Positions 1-8,795 of a DNA stretch of 32,000 nt are shown here, in pieces. How positions within the stretch are numbered: position 1 is the stretch's first letter; the number at the start of each line of letters is the position of its first letter. Position numbers and translations under genes: made by a program. Location of the stretch: positions 600,001-632,000 of the forward strand of contig CP006868.1 in the NCBI GenBank assembly GCA_025340205.1, given 5' to 3'. This DNA is from Ignicoccus pacificus DSM 13166 (lineage in GTDB: Archaea > Thermoproteota > Thermoprotei_A > Sulfolobales > Ignicoccaceae). Below the pieces are notes generated by a model, which made no database searches, was not told the DNA's origin, and worked only from the letters and a program-made list of their open reading frames with translations.

Positions 1-1
1 A

Positions 2-301
2 GAGACCATAAGCGCCGCCACCGAGGGTGCCATGAAGTACTGGGTCTGTGTACTCCACGCCCCCTACTGGTTCGCCAACTCCTTGGTGCTGGCTCCCGGA
101 AGGAACTCCTACCCGATAGTAGCAGTTCCCTACATGATCTTCTTCAGGGACTCTCCCAAGCTACCCTACCTAATAAAGTTCGCCGAGTATCTGCTGAGCG
201 ACAACATACAGAAGAACGTAGTGAGGATGGGATACGCCCCGCTGAGCAAGGCTCTAAGGATGGAGATAATCAAGGAGCTCAACATGCTCATGAGAAGGTG
301 A
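2..301 (+). CDS. C-terminal fragment of a periplasmic-type solute-binding protein (PstS/PBP2-like); 5' end lies outside the window
   Basis: The frame is open from the window edge, with no stop between nt 2 and the listed ATG at 32. The tail YPIVAVPYMIFF...KFAEYLLSDNIQKNVVRMGYAPLSKAL resembles the conserved C-terminal lobe of phosphate/anion ABC binding proteins. A T6 run follows the stop. Confidence 0.5.
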   Translation, partial: ETISAATEGAMKYWVCVLHAPYWFANSLVLAPGRNSYPIVAVPYMIFFRDSPKLPYLIKFAEYLLSDNIQKNVVRMGYAPLSKALRMEIIKELNMLMRR

Positions 302-307
302 TTTTTT
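302..307 (+). terminator. Oligo-T tract immediately after the stop codon (archaeal intrinsic terminator candidate)
   Basis: TGA is followed directly by TTTTTT. Confidence 0.4.
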
Positions 308-413
308 AGGCGCGGTCCCGGAGTCCATTAAACTCTTGTTATCGCCTCATGGGGTCTTCCCGTCTTCTCCTTAGGCGCGACACGTTAAGCCGCGGGCGGG
401 TCATCCCGCGCCT
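308..413. other. GC-rich element with a duplicated TTAGGCGCG motif and competing helices (possible structured RNA)
   Basis: AGGCGCGG (308-315) is perfectly complementary to CCGCGCCT (406-413). A second copy, AGGCGCG (373-379), can pair with the same 3' segment. A local hairpin CGCGGG (391-396)/CCCGCG (405-410) competes with both. Confidence 0.25.
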
Positions 414-847
414 TCTCGTTGTGTGATCCCATCGTTCTCTAATTAACCTTAACCTTACGTTAGCAATAAATCTTTTTTACCATCCCAAGGCGAAATATAT
501 TATCGCCTCTGATCCTCAGCTCTTTATTCGCTCTCTCGCAATTATCTTTAGAATTTCTTTCAGCGTTTGCTTTGATTGAGTTTAAAGTACCTACAACTTC
601 GTACACGAGATCCGACGTATCCATTGTCCACTTCTTCTTGCTCCTCTGTGGAAAGACCTTGGTAGAGAATAGTATGACATGTTTGAATTACACGTATCGA
701 CAAGGAAAGTACAAAATAGATCCCCCAATCCTAAACTCTATTCAGTCCATAAATAGAGAAATAAGTGAGATGCGTTTGTTCTGCCTTTAAAACTACTCAA
801 ACGGTTTATTATAGGGAATACTCGCAATTACTATACGATGAGAGAAC

Positions 848-1036
848 ATGAAATACGAACTAGCGAACATGGCGCTTGGTCTCTTGGGAGTGCTCGTGTT
901 CGCCTACTTGTTCCTCACAACAAAGGACAACAGCTATATTTACTACGCCTTTGGGGCGCTAGGTTATGCAGTAGTCTACTTCTTACTCTTTATAGTCTCA
1001 ATATCAAAAAAGAGAAACATCTCCTCCATCATCTAA
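848..1036 (+). CDS. Small hydrophobic protein, about two predicted TM helices
   Basis: ATG start. The sequence is LGLLGVLVFAYLFL...ALGYAVVYFLLFIVSI with a basic C-terminus. The overlapping 838..1320 ORF in another frame is Arg/Ser/Gly-rich and less protein-like. Confidence 0.45.
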   Translation: MKYELANMALGLLGVLVFAYLFLTTKDNSYIYYAFGALGYAVVYFLLFIVSISKKRNISSII

Positions 1037-1072
1037 TAAGGAAAATGCTTCCACTGAGATGGGGTCGATCCT

Positions 1073-1636
1073 TTGCTCCTCAAACCCTCGGACTCTCTAA
1101 AGGAAGCGGAAAAGCTTGGGATACCCGTTCCTCTGTGGAGCTTCGAACCCAACATAGAGCCTCCGGCCTACGTGAAGGCCGACGTGGCCTATCCACACAA
1201 GAGCGACGTGGGAGGGGTGAGAAGGGCCGAGACCAAGGAAGAGCTCTTGAAGTATTACCAAGAGATCAAGGAGAGGTTCGGATCAGCAATAGTTCAGAAA
1301 GAGGTGAAGGGGAACCTTGAGCTCTTGGTATCAATGAAGCGGGATAGGGTCTTCGGGAGAGTACTGGTAGTAGCCTTAGGGGGCCTCTTAGCATCCCTAC
1401 TCAAGGAGTCGGTCGTTACGTCCTGTCCCTTCTGCGAGGAAGTCTTCGAGAAGAAGATAGAGGGTTCGAGGCTCGGGGAACTCCTCAAGGGATACAGGAG
1501 AATAAGGGTGGATAAGGAATGCCTCTTCAGCGTTTTAGAGAAGCTCTGCTCAGCGGAAGCGGAGACTTTTGAGATCAACCCCTTGCTCCTCGCCGAGGGT
1601 GGCTGTTGGGCGGTGGATGTAAAGGTCTGGAAGTAG
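1073..1636 (+). CDS. Stand-alone ATP-grasp domain protein resembling the beta subunit/domain of ADP-forming acyl-CoA synthetases
   Basis: TTG start. EAEKLGIPVP, HKSDVGGV and a C-terminal EINPL match the ATP-grasp_5 / succinyl-CoA-synthetase-beta-like pattern. Confidence 0.65.
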   Translation: MLLKPSDSLKEAEKLGIPVPLWSFEPNIEPPAYVKADVAYPHKSDVGGVRRAETKEELLKYYQEIKERFGSAIVQKEVKGNLELLVSMKRDRVFGRVLVVALGGLLASLLKESVVTSCPFCEEVFEKKIEGSRLGELLKGYRRIRVDKECLFSVLEKLCSAEAETFEINPLLLAEGGCWAVDVKVWK

Positions 1637-2082
1637 CGAGGTACTATGATGCCATCGCCCGAGGCTACGATGAACTATATGGAGAGGAGCAAGAGAGGAA
1701 ATATTATGTCGGTTTGAAGATCCTCCCACCTAAGGAGAGGGTGCTGGACGCCGGGTGTGGGACTGCCTTGCTCTCGGAGCACGTCGAGGGATACTACTTA
1801 GGAATTGACATAAGCATCGAGATGCTAAAGATAGGAAAAGAGAAGATAAGAGGTGAAACTAAGGACTTGGTTCTAGGAGACGTCCAGCTCCTCCCCCTGA
1901 GAAGTAAGAGCTTCGCTACTTGCTACTCCTTCACAGTCCTTCAGAACGTGGAGGACCCCCACAAGGCTTTGGAGGAACTGAGGAGGTGTTGTTCCTCTTG
2001 TGTGGTCAGTTCCTTAAAGGGAAAAGGTCTCGAAGATGGGGATTGCTTAGAGGTTTACCCCGACGTGCTCTGCAAGATATAA
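1606..2082 (+). CDS. Class I SAM-dependent methyltransferase (short, core fold only)
   Basis: Motif I is VLDAGCGTALL. Downstream are GIDIS..ML and LPL..KSF..CYS..VLQNV. It has a TTG start and overlaps the upstream gene by 31 nt. Confidence 0.75.
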   Translation: MGGGCKGLEVARYYDAIARGYDELYGEEQERKYYVGLKILPPKERVLDAGCGTALLSEHVEGYYLGIDISIEMLKIGKEKIRGETKDLVLGDVQLLPLRSKSFATCYSFTVLQNVEDPHKALEELRRCCSSCVVSSLKGKGLEDGDCLEVYPDVLCKI

Positions 2083-2083
2083 G

Positions 2084-2422
2084 TTGCTACTGAATCCTTA
2101 TTATAGGGTCCTTCCCTTGGACCTCACTTGGGCTCCTGACGACGTCATCAAAGAGGTCCTCGAGGAGATAGAGAAGGAAGAAAAGAAGAGGAAGAAGGTA
2201 AACAGAAGGAGGCCCACGAGAAAGGACCTCATGAGAGCTATCTTGGAGGCTTTGAAGGAGGAAGTGGGTCCACAAGACTTCGTGGACTTGGTTTACGATA
2301 TCTTAGAAGAGAGGGGGTTCAACGTTAAGTTTACAAACGTCAAGAGGATATGGGGAACTTACGAGATGATGGTAAAGAAGGGATTTATTGAAGACGTGCT
2401 TGGAGTTTGTGAGAGATGCTAA
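2084..2422 (+). CDS. Hypothetical protein with a Lys/Glu/Arg-rich N-terminal half and a compact helical C-terminal half
   Basis: TTG start lies 1 nt after the methyltransferase stop. Composition is protein-like. I recognise no motif. Confidence 0.5.
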   Translation: MLLNPYYRVLPLDLTWAPDDVIKEVLEEIEKEEKKRKKVNRRRPTRKDLMRAILEALKEEVGPQDFVDLVYDILEERGFNVKFTNVKRIWGTYEMMVKKGFIEDVLGVCERC

Positions 2423-2425
2423 GCA

Positions 2426-2608
2426 TCAATCCATATATATTACCCTGTTCCCGACCTTCATGAAGTCGGGATCCCTATCTATGAGTCTTTCGAGTTCCTC
2501 TTGCGTTATCCTCGGTTCCCTCTCCCTCATGTACTCCAACAAGCTCTCCATCTTAGCAGAGCCTCCGAAGGAGAGAAGGGCCTCCTTAAGCAGAGACTCA
2601 CGAGACAC
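2426..2608 (-). CDS. Small hypothetical protein (60 aa), possibly winged-helix-like
   Basis: GTG start with a TATA-like CTATTTAAAG about 37 nt upstream. Charged helical composition. The antisense 2388..2657 ORF is Ser-rich and implausible. Confidence 0.5.
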   Translation of the reverse strand: MSRESLLKEALLSFGGSAKMESLLEYMREREPRITQEELERLIDRDPDFMKVGNRVIYMD

Positions 2609-2640
2609 CCGTCAACACCGTGCCTCGCCTAGGGGGCCTC

Positions 2641-2650
2641 CTTTAAATAG
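2641..2650 (-). promoter_or_regulatory. TATA-box candidate for the 60-aa gene
   Basis: The minus strand reads CTATTTAAAG, centred about 37 nt upstream of the GTG at 2608. Confidence 0.35.
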
Positions 2651-2667
2651 GGATTAGGTAGACCGAC

Positions 2668-3756
2668 TTATCCCTCTACCTCCTCCAAGCTAAGTCTTTC
2701 CCTCTTAGCAACTTGGATCGCTTTCTTAGCCAGAACTTTAACGTTGTAACCGGTCTTAGCTGATATCGGCACCAGTCCCTCAAACCTATCGTAATACCCT
2801 CCTATCACCTCGCTGATCTCCTTTGCCTTATCTTGCCAATCTTGAGCCAAGTCAACTTTGTTTAGAGCAACGATAAGGGGTTTTGCTATAACTCCTATGT
2901 TGGCCAACGTCTCCAAGCTACTCAAAGTCTTGTCGATAACTCTCTTCTTGGACTCACTAGAATCTATTACCAAGATTACGGCGTCGGAGTAGGCTATTTC
3001 AGATAGGGTAGCGTGGAAGGCCTCCACTATCTGGGGCGGAACGCTCTCTATAAAGCCCACCGTGTCGACGAATATTCCTTCCTCGCCATCGACCCATACC
3101 CTAGCGTGCTTTGGAAGCACCGTAGTGAACATTTCAGCTCCCTCCTTGAGCCTTAATTTGCTCAACGAATTCAGAAGGGCCGTCTTCCCTGCGCAAGTGT
3201 AGCCGGCTATCGCTATCTCGGGGATCTTGAGCTTCTGCAACCTCCTGCTTTTTTGTTGCTCCCTCATCTTTCTTATCCTTTCGAGCTTGTCCTCAATCTT
3301 TTTCATCCTCCTATGGATAGCCTTTATCACGTAATCGACTGCGTACTCTCCAGGACCTAGGAAGAACACTTGCTCACCTTTTTTCACCGTCCTTATATAT
3401 TCCCTGGCCATCGTCAGCTCGTACTTAAGCCTCGCCAGCTCTGTCTGGAGCTTCGCCTCCTCACTTCCAGCGTGGAGCTCGAAGATCTTCAGGATCAAAG
3501 AAGTCCTATCTATAACCTCAACTTTGAGATCTCTCATTATTCTGTATATTTGAGAGGGCTTCGGATTACCGTAAACCACGACTACCTCTGCTCCCTTCTC
3601 CTCCACCAATTCCTTGATCCTCTCGAGCCTTCCCGGCCCCACGTAGGTGGCTGGGTGAGGCCTTCTACACATGGGAACTACTTCGACTACCTCTAGGCCC
3701 GCCGTCTCGCAGAGGCCCAAGGCCTCTTGGAAGTCAGGCCTCTTGGGACAAGCCAC
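2668..3756 (-). CDS. hflX: GTPase HflX
   Basis: An N-terminal HflX-type domain is followed by G1 AGYTCAGKTALLN, G3 DTVGFI and G4 NKVD. GTG start. Confidence 0.9.
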   Translation of the reverse strand: MACPKRPDFQEALGLCETAGLEVVEVVPMCRRPHPATYVGPGRLERIKELVEEKGAEVVVVYGNPKPSQIYRIMRDLKVEVIDRTSLILKIFELHAGSEEAKLQTELARLKYELTMAREYIRTVKKGEQVFFLGPGEYAVDYVIKAIHRRMKKIEDKLERIRKMREQQKSRRLQKLKIPEIAIAGYTCAGKTALLNSLSKLRLKEGAEMFTTVLPKHARVWVDGEEGIFVDTVGFIESVPPQIVEAFHATLSEIAYSDAVILVIDSSESKKRVIDKTLSSLETLANIGVIAKPLIVALNKVDLAQDWQDKAKEISEVIGGYYDRFEGLVPISAKTGYNVKVLAKKAIQVAKRERLSLEEVEG

Positions 3757-3810
3757 TAGTACCGCCTTCTTCAGAGCGTAGCCCCCAAGCGGGAACCGCT
3801 TGGTAGTTAT

Positions 3811-4644
3811 GTGTTTAGCACTCCTCGTTATGGGGAGAAGCGCTTGAAGTACGCCCTTTTGGGAGGCTGGGGTTACGTAGGAGCGAACTTGGCGGAGCTC
3901 TTGGACTCTTGCGTAATAACTAGAAAAAGCTCTAAAGAGAGAAGACCCTTCTTAGCGCCCATATTTGAAGATAAGGAAGTTATTGAAATAAATGAAGTAA
4001 CCGAGGAAGAACTTCGAAAGGCGTTGGAGGAGTGCGGTGCAGACGTGCTCGTGTACCTAATAGGTAAGATAAAGGGGAGTTACGAGGAGATGAAGGAGGC
4101 TCACGTGGACAAGGCTCTCTTAGCTTACGAGGTGAGCGAGGAGCTCGGGATGAGGTTCGTCTACACAAGCTCTGTCGCTGCCATGGGATTTGCCGACAAG
4201 TGCAAGACTGGAGGCTTTGTGATGGAGGAGGACGAACTCCTAGAGGGATGCGAGCCCTTTGGTGATGTCTCTGTGACCAAGGCGGAAGGCGAACTAAGGT
4301 TATGGGAGAGGTCGAGGGGAAACGTCGGAATAGTGAGGCCGGCCTTGTTCTGGGGAAGGTATGCCTACCATCCCGAATGGAAGTTATTGAAGCTCTTCAA
4401 GAAGCTTAGGATACCCGTTCCAGAGATCAGCGTCACCAGCGCTCAGTGCATGGCTATAGCGGTCGAGACCGCTGCTGAGAGGAGGGGCTGGTACATAGCG
4501 TCCGATAAAACCCTTTCGGACTTAGGGCTGAAGACCGTAGAGGTAAAGCTACCGAAGGACTTGATTAAAAAAGCTCCTAGGTCCTTGCACCTACCCCTCT
4601 TGGTTATGAGGTACAAGTACTCATCCCGCTACTTGCCGTGTTAA
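3811..4644 (+). CDS. NAD(P)-binding Rossmann-fold protein of the epimerase/dehydratase (extended SDR) type, possibly atypical
   Basis: GTG at 3811. An in-frame TTG at 3844 would give MKYALLGGWGYVGANL, a typical GxxGxxG N-terminus. The expected YxxxK position reads VSVTK, so the catalytic Tyr is not evident. Confidence 0.65.
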   Translation: MFSTPRYGEKRLKYALLGGWGYVGANLAELLDSCVITRKSSKERRPFLAPIFEDKEVIEINEVTEEELRKALEECGADVLVYLIGKIKGSYEEMKEAHVDKALLAYEVSEELGMRFVYTSSVAAMGFADKCKTGGFVMEEDELLEGCEPFGDVSVTKAEGELRLWERSRGNVGIVRPALFWGRYAYHPEWKLLKLFKKLRIPVPEISVTSAQCMAIAVETAAERRGWYIASDKTLSDLGLKTVEVKLPKDLIKKAPRSLHLPLLVMRYKYSSRYLPC

Positions 4645-5252
4645 GCGGAGCTCAGCACCTTTACTGCAACTATTGCACTAGCGCTCACCAAGATCAGCGC
4701 TATCGAGTCTAGTAGCAGCGCGTTGAAGGGCGTTAGGAAGTGGTGGGCGGTGAAGGTCAAGGCGAAGAACGCGAAGGCCAGAGCCATTATGGTACCTGGT
4801 ACGTCCTTGGCCTCCTTGTATATCTCGTAGGCGCTGTAGAGCGCTATTAGGAAGGTCGGTATACCGTATACTATATGACTCAGTTTTGATATTTCTCTGT
4901 TTCCTATGGCCAGGCCTCCGTACTTGAATATCAACGCCAGTATGAAGAACCCCACTACTGCCTCGAAGAGCTTCTTGTTGCCGGTGACGCTGTATATCGA
5001 ATACATGAAGGCCAACAGTCCTAGAGCTAGGAGTAGGTAGCCTAGGTGGTTGTATATCATTACGTCTTGCTTCGGTACTCCTAGGTGCATCCACAAGTGG
5101 GTCGCCCAAGTCCAGCTGAACACTCCTAGGGATGCTAGTATCATTCCTCCCATTATTATTGCAGTCTCCTTGGTTCTATTGAACAAGTACAACAGGATAG
5201 ACGTTATTAGTGCTACGCCCGACAACGCGAAGATAATATAGTGAACGTCCAC
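4641..5252 (-). CDS. Integral membrane protein, about 6-7 TM helices, unknown function
   Basis: Continuous hydrophobic segments with short polar loops. The 143-aa ORF in another frame of the same strand is Arg/Pro-rich and rejected. Confidence 0.7.
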   Translation of the reverse strand: MDVHYIIFALSGVALITSILLYLFNRTKETAIIMGGMILASLGVFSWTWATHLWMHLGVPKQDVMIYNHLGYLLLALGLLAFMYSIYSVTGNKKLFEAVVGFFILALIFKYGGLAIGNREISKLSHIVYGIPTFLIALYSAYEIYKEAKDVPGTIMALAFAFFALTFTAHHFLTPFNALLLDSIALILVSASAIVAVKVLSSA

Positions 5253-5324
5253 TTCTGTTCACCACCAGTCAGTCAAAATCAAGCTATATATTAGATTTGG
5301 GCTCAGCTTCTTTTCAATGAGAGA

Positions 5325-6137
5325 TCAACAAATTCTTATGATAGAGTCTATAAGCTTAAACAACTGTTTCTCATCGTAGACATCTTTTTTGAAGAAGGGT
5401 ATAGCATAAGTAGGGCTTTTGAGACATATCCTTTCCCCGGTACTCTTATTCAAGAAACTCATCGAGTGTCTTATCCCAAACTCCTCTAGCTCCTCCGCCC
5501 CTCTCAGAGCTATCTTTAGGGGAAACCTCTCAGGCGTCGAAACCAAGACGTACTTCGAATCCTTTATTTCCTTTAAGACGTAATCCGCTATCTCCCTCCA
5601 CTTCTCTATTACCTTCAAGATTTTGGAACCTCTAAGGCCTAACTTAACTATTATCTTCCCGTATACTTTGGTGGCAGAGGTCATGTGATCATAGAAAATT
5701 TTCTCCGTCTTTAACATGTGGAGGACTGGGCCGAGGGGAGGGGTGTCAAAGTAGAGTACCTCAGCCCCCAGCTCTTGGGCTTTCTCCAAAGCAAACAACA
5801 TGGCGAACTGCTCAGGAACCCCGGGAGCTGTGGAAACGTGCTCCATCACTTCTTCTGCCTCTTTCCCTCTAATTCCAAGATCATCTAGTATTTCCTTTAG
5901 ATCCTCTCCGAACCTCTCGATCCAGAGCTTCCTGACCTTATCGTAATCTATTTCTGCAAAGTACTTTCCCTTATACTCAACGGGCTCGAAGGAGCACCTT
6001 ATGCCGATGACCTCACAGAGGTTGGGTAAGGGGTCTAGGGACATGGCAAACGTCCTCCTTTCCTCTTTAAGAGCTAGGGCGGCTGTAACGGTAGTTTTGC
6101 CCACACCTCCTTTTCCCACGACGAATATCTTATCCAA
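5325..6137 (-). CDS. ArsA/Get3-like (SIMIBI class) P-loop ATPase with degenerate switch motifs
   Basis: Deviant Walker A is VGKGGVGKTT. SLDPLPNL occupies the place of ArsA (S/T)DPAHSL, and FDTPPLGPVLHML the place of DTAPTGHT. The start overlaps the Lhr stop by 8 nt. Confidence 0.75.
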   Translation of the reverse strand: MDKIFVVGKGGVGKTTVTAALALKEERRTFAMSLDPLPNLCEVIGIRCSFEPVEYKGKYFAEIDYDKVRKLWIERFGEDLKEILDDLGIRGKEAEEVMEHVSTAPGVPEQFAMLFALEKAQELGAEVLYFDTPPLGPVLHMLKTEKIFYDHMTSATKVYGKIIVKLGLRGSKILKVIEKWREIADYVLKEIKDSKYVLVSTPERFPLKIALRGAEELEEFGIRHSMSFLNKSTGERICLKSPTYAIPFFKKDVYDEKQLFKLIDSIIRIC

Positions 6138-8748
6138 AGCTCAACCCGGTTTTCTGATCGGTCGAGCTTAATTCTTGCCTAAGCCCTATTCTCTGAAGTA
6201 CCATTTCCCTAAGCCTTTGCAATAACTTCCTCTTATCCTCCATTAATACCACGTCACTGAAGGACTTGGCAACTATTACGTGGGCGAACGGGCTGGGGAC
6301 GTCCAGGGGACCCACCACTCTGACCTCTACCCCCCCTTCGTGTATTCTTTTCACCGTTTCCAAGGCAGCCTCTATGTTCATATAGTCCTCCAGTATTTCC
6401 CTCAGCGTCTCCTTGTAAACGGGAAAGCCCTCGATGTTCTCAACCACCTTAATCAAATGCTGTGCCGAGAGCTGAAGCCTTTCGGGACTCTTCTCCCTTC
6501 CCATGTACCTCTTCAGTATCATGAATGACCTCTGAGCACAGTGCCTAAACCTCCTCTTGAACAGCTCCGTCCTCTTGACCGCTTCCTCCACGAGGGTCCT
6601 AAGGTTCTCCGGAGTAACTCCCCTTACCACCTCCATTGGGTCTACAGCTCTTTCCCTTGGAACGGTAAGCATGAAGCCGTAGTCGGTGACGGTGACGCTA
6701 ACGTTGGTGCCGGTAAGCTCTCCCAGCTTGTAGGCATAAGCTCTAGAGAGGGCGTCGATGCCCCTCCTCCCTATTAGGTAATGGAAGATGTAGTTTATTG
6801 TGTTGTCCTCTATGTTCTCCCAAATTTCAACGAGATAGGTCTTGTCCCCGGGCACAATGCCAACGTATCTTAACTGTTCCTCAGCGTACTCCTTCAGCGC
6901 CTTGGCTGCATGAGGTTCTAGAAGGTACCTCTCGATGAGTTCCTTCTCGCTCATACTAGGTAGACTTTCCCTGAACTTAGCCATCTCCCTGGCGGAGTCG
7001 TAAGCTAAAGGAAGCATCTCGCTGAACCAAGCGGGGACAGTCGGCCTTTCGCTAGGAGCCGGCTCCACGTAGATCCTCATTCCGTTAGCATAGAGGAACT
7101 TGTAGGTCCTACCACTTAACACGAACACGTCTCCGGGAACCAAGTTCTGCACGAAGAGCTCCTCCACGTGGCCGAGCAGCTGCTTGGTCTTAGCGTCGTA
7201 TACCTTAACCTTGCTTTCATCCGGTATAGTGCCCGCGTTCATCATGTATATCATTCTAGCTTGTCTCTTCCTCTTTAACACGTTCTTCTCCTTGTCCCAG
7301 TAGAGCTTGGAGTAAACCTTCTCGTCCTCGAGTCCGTATTCCCCAGCCAAGTACTTGACGACAGAGAGGAAGTCCTCCCAGCTCAAGTTCCAGTAGGGAT
7401 AAGCCCTCTTGGTGACTTCGTATGCCGTATCCAGTGGAATTTCGCCGTGCTCTATTGTCAAGCTTATCAAGTGCTGAGCTAAGACGTCCAAGGCGTTCCG
7501 AGGGATCCTAACTCTGTCTATCTTCCTATCTAACGCCAACTTGACGAGGACAGTATTTTCCATAAGGTCGTCCCTATCAACTACTATCACCCTCCCCTTC
7601 GAGACGGCATCTATCCTATGACCGGCCCTCCCTACCCTCTGCAAGAGTCTGCTCACGCTCTTAGGGCTTGAGAGGAGCACTACCAAGTCCACGTGTCCTA
7701 TATCTATTCCCATTTCCAATGATGTAGAGGTCACCACAACCTTCAACTCTCCCTTCTTCAGCTTCTCCTCGACCTCCAGCCTCACTTCCCTGGAAAGCGA
7801 GGAGTGATGGGTCTCTACCTTATCAGCCAGTCCTTCCTTTTCCAAGAGCTGCTTTAGCTTGAAGGCTACCTTCTCCGTGGAGTGTCTTGTATTGGTGAAT
7901 ATTATTACGCTGTTGTGACTCTTTATCAACTCAACCAACTTTTCATAGATCGCTTTATTGAGTTCCTCAGCGCTAGCATTAACTATGTCCTTAACCGGGC
8001 AGATGACCCTAATATCAACGGGTTTGGCGAATCTGGCGTCGACTATCCACGCCTCCCTATCCTTCCCCACCAAGAACTTCGCGACCTTCTCGAGAGGATG
8101 AATGGTAGCGGAGAGCCCTATCCTCACGAACTCCCCGGACCAGAGGGCCAACCTCTCCAAGGTCAAGGAGAGGTGGGTTCCTCTCTTACTAGATGCCATC
8201 TCGTGTATCTCATCCACTATAACGTACTCCACCCCCTTGAGCCTCTCCTTGAACTTCGTCGAGGCTAAGGCTATTGCCAGGCTCTCCGGGGTGGTGATCA
8301 GGATGTGCGGAGGCTTCCTTAACTGTCTCTGCTTCTCCGAGGGCGAGGTATCGCTAGTCCTTATCCCTACCCTCACCTCCTGAACCTCTTTTATTCCCTT
8401 CTCGGCCATCACTTGCCTTATCTCATTTAATGGCTCTACCAGGTTCCTCCTCATGTCGTTTCCCAACGCTCTCAAGGGAGAGACGTAGACAGCGTATACC
8501 TTGTCCTCGAGCTCCCCTCTTACAGCCTTTGCCAGAAGATCATCTAGAATTCCCAAGAAGGCAGCCAAAGTCTTCCCTGTTCCGGTAGGCGAGGAGATGA
8601 GTACGTTCTTTCTCTCTTTGATAAGCTTTATCGCTCCCCTTTGAGGAGGGCTCAGCTTGGAGTACTTTCTAGTGAACCACTCCCTCACGAAGGGCTGGAG
8701 CAGACCCAGAACCTCATCGCTCTCGGGCAAAGGCTCGAAGAGCTTCAC
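6130..8748 (-). CDS. lhr: Lhr-type superfamily 2 DEAD/DEAH-box helicase (Lhr core with C-terminal DEAD-associated domains)
   Basis: Motif I is SSPTGTGKTLAAFL, motif II DEIH, motif III SAT and motif VI QRVGRAGH, followed by a long C-terminal region typical of Lhr. The GTG at 8748 (VKLFEPLPESDEVL) is preferred over the listed 8823 start, which would overlap the upstream gene. Confidence 0.85.
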   Translation of the reverse strand: MKLFEPLPESDEVLGLLQPFVREWFTRKYSKLSPPQRGAIKLIKERKNVLISSPTGTGKTLAAFLGILDDLLAKAVRGELEDKVYAVYVSPLRALGNDMRRNLVEPLNEIRQVMAEKGIKEVQEVRVGIRTSDTSPSEKQRQLRKPPHILITTPESLAIALASTKFKERLKGVEYVIVDEIHEMASSKRGTHLSLTLERLALWSGEFVRIGLSATIHPLEKVAKFLVGKDREAWIVDARFAKPVDIRVICPVKDIVNASAEELNKAIYEKLVELIKSHNSVIIFTNTRHSTEKVAFKLKQLLEKEGLADKVETHHSSLSREVRLEVEEKLKKGELKVVVTSTSLEMGIDIGHVDLVVLLSSPKSVSRLLQRVGRAGHRIDAVSKGRVIVVDRDDLMENTVLVKLALDRKIDRVRIPRNALDVLAQHLISLTIEHGEIPLDTAYEVTKRAYPYWNLSWEDFLSVVKYLAGEYGLEDEKVYSKLYWDKEKNVLKRKRQARMIYMMNAGTIPDESKVKVYDAKTKQLLGHVEELFVQNLVPGDVFVLSGRTYKFLYANGMRIYVEPAPSERPTVPAWFSEMLPLAYDSAREMAKFRESLPSMSEKELIERYLLEPHAAKALKEYAEEQLRYVGIVPGDKTYLVEIWENIEDNTINYIFHYLIGRRGIDALSRAYAYKLGELTGTNVSVTVTDYGFMLTVPRERAVDPMEVVRGVTPENLRTLVEEAVKRTELFKRRFRHCAQRSFMILKRYMGREKSPERLQLSAQHLIKVVENIEGFPVYKETLREILEDYMNIEAALETVKRIHEGGVEVRVVGPLDVPSPFAHVIVAKSFSDVVLMEDKRKLLQRLREMVLQRIGLRQELSSTDQKTGLSFG

Positions 8749-8795
8749 TGACAACAGTGTTACCCGACTGCGGGTCAAACACGGTAAAAAGAGCG

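Noticed and set aside
308-413. Possible 5S rRNA, because ACGTTAAGCCGCGGGCG resembles the GAAGUUAAGCCGC segment of archaeal 5S
   Set aside because: The element is too short (about 106 nt). The upstream strand that should pair with the GCCGC... segment is absent, and other conserved 5S loops are not present.
838-1320. 160-aa + strand ORF spanning the small TM gene and the ATP-grasp 5' end
   Set aside because: It is Arg/Ser/Gly-rich low-complexity translation in an alternative frame. It overlaps two ORFs with far more protein-like sequence.
848-1636. RiPP/graspetide-type locus (small peptide followed by an ATP-grasp enzyme)
   Set aside because: The ATP-grasp resembles acyl-CoA-synthetase beta domains rather than RimK/microviridin-type ligases. 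The 62-aa ORF is a hydrophobic two-TM protein and not a precursor-like peptide.
4678-5109. 143-aa ORF in another frame of the minus-strand membrane-protein gene
   Set aside because: It is Arg/Pro-rich and not protein-like. The alternative frame gives coherent TM helices.
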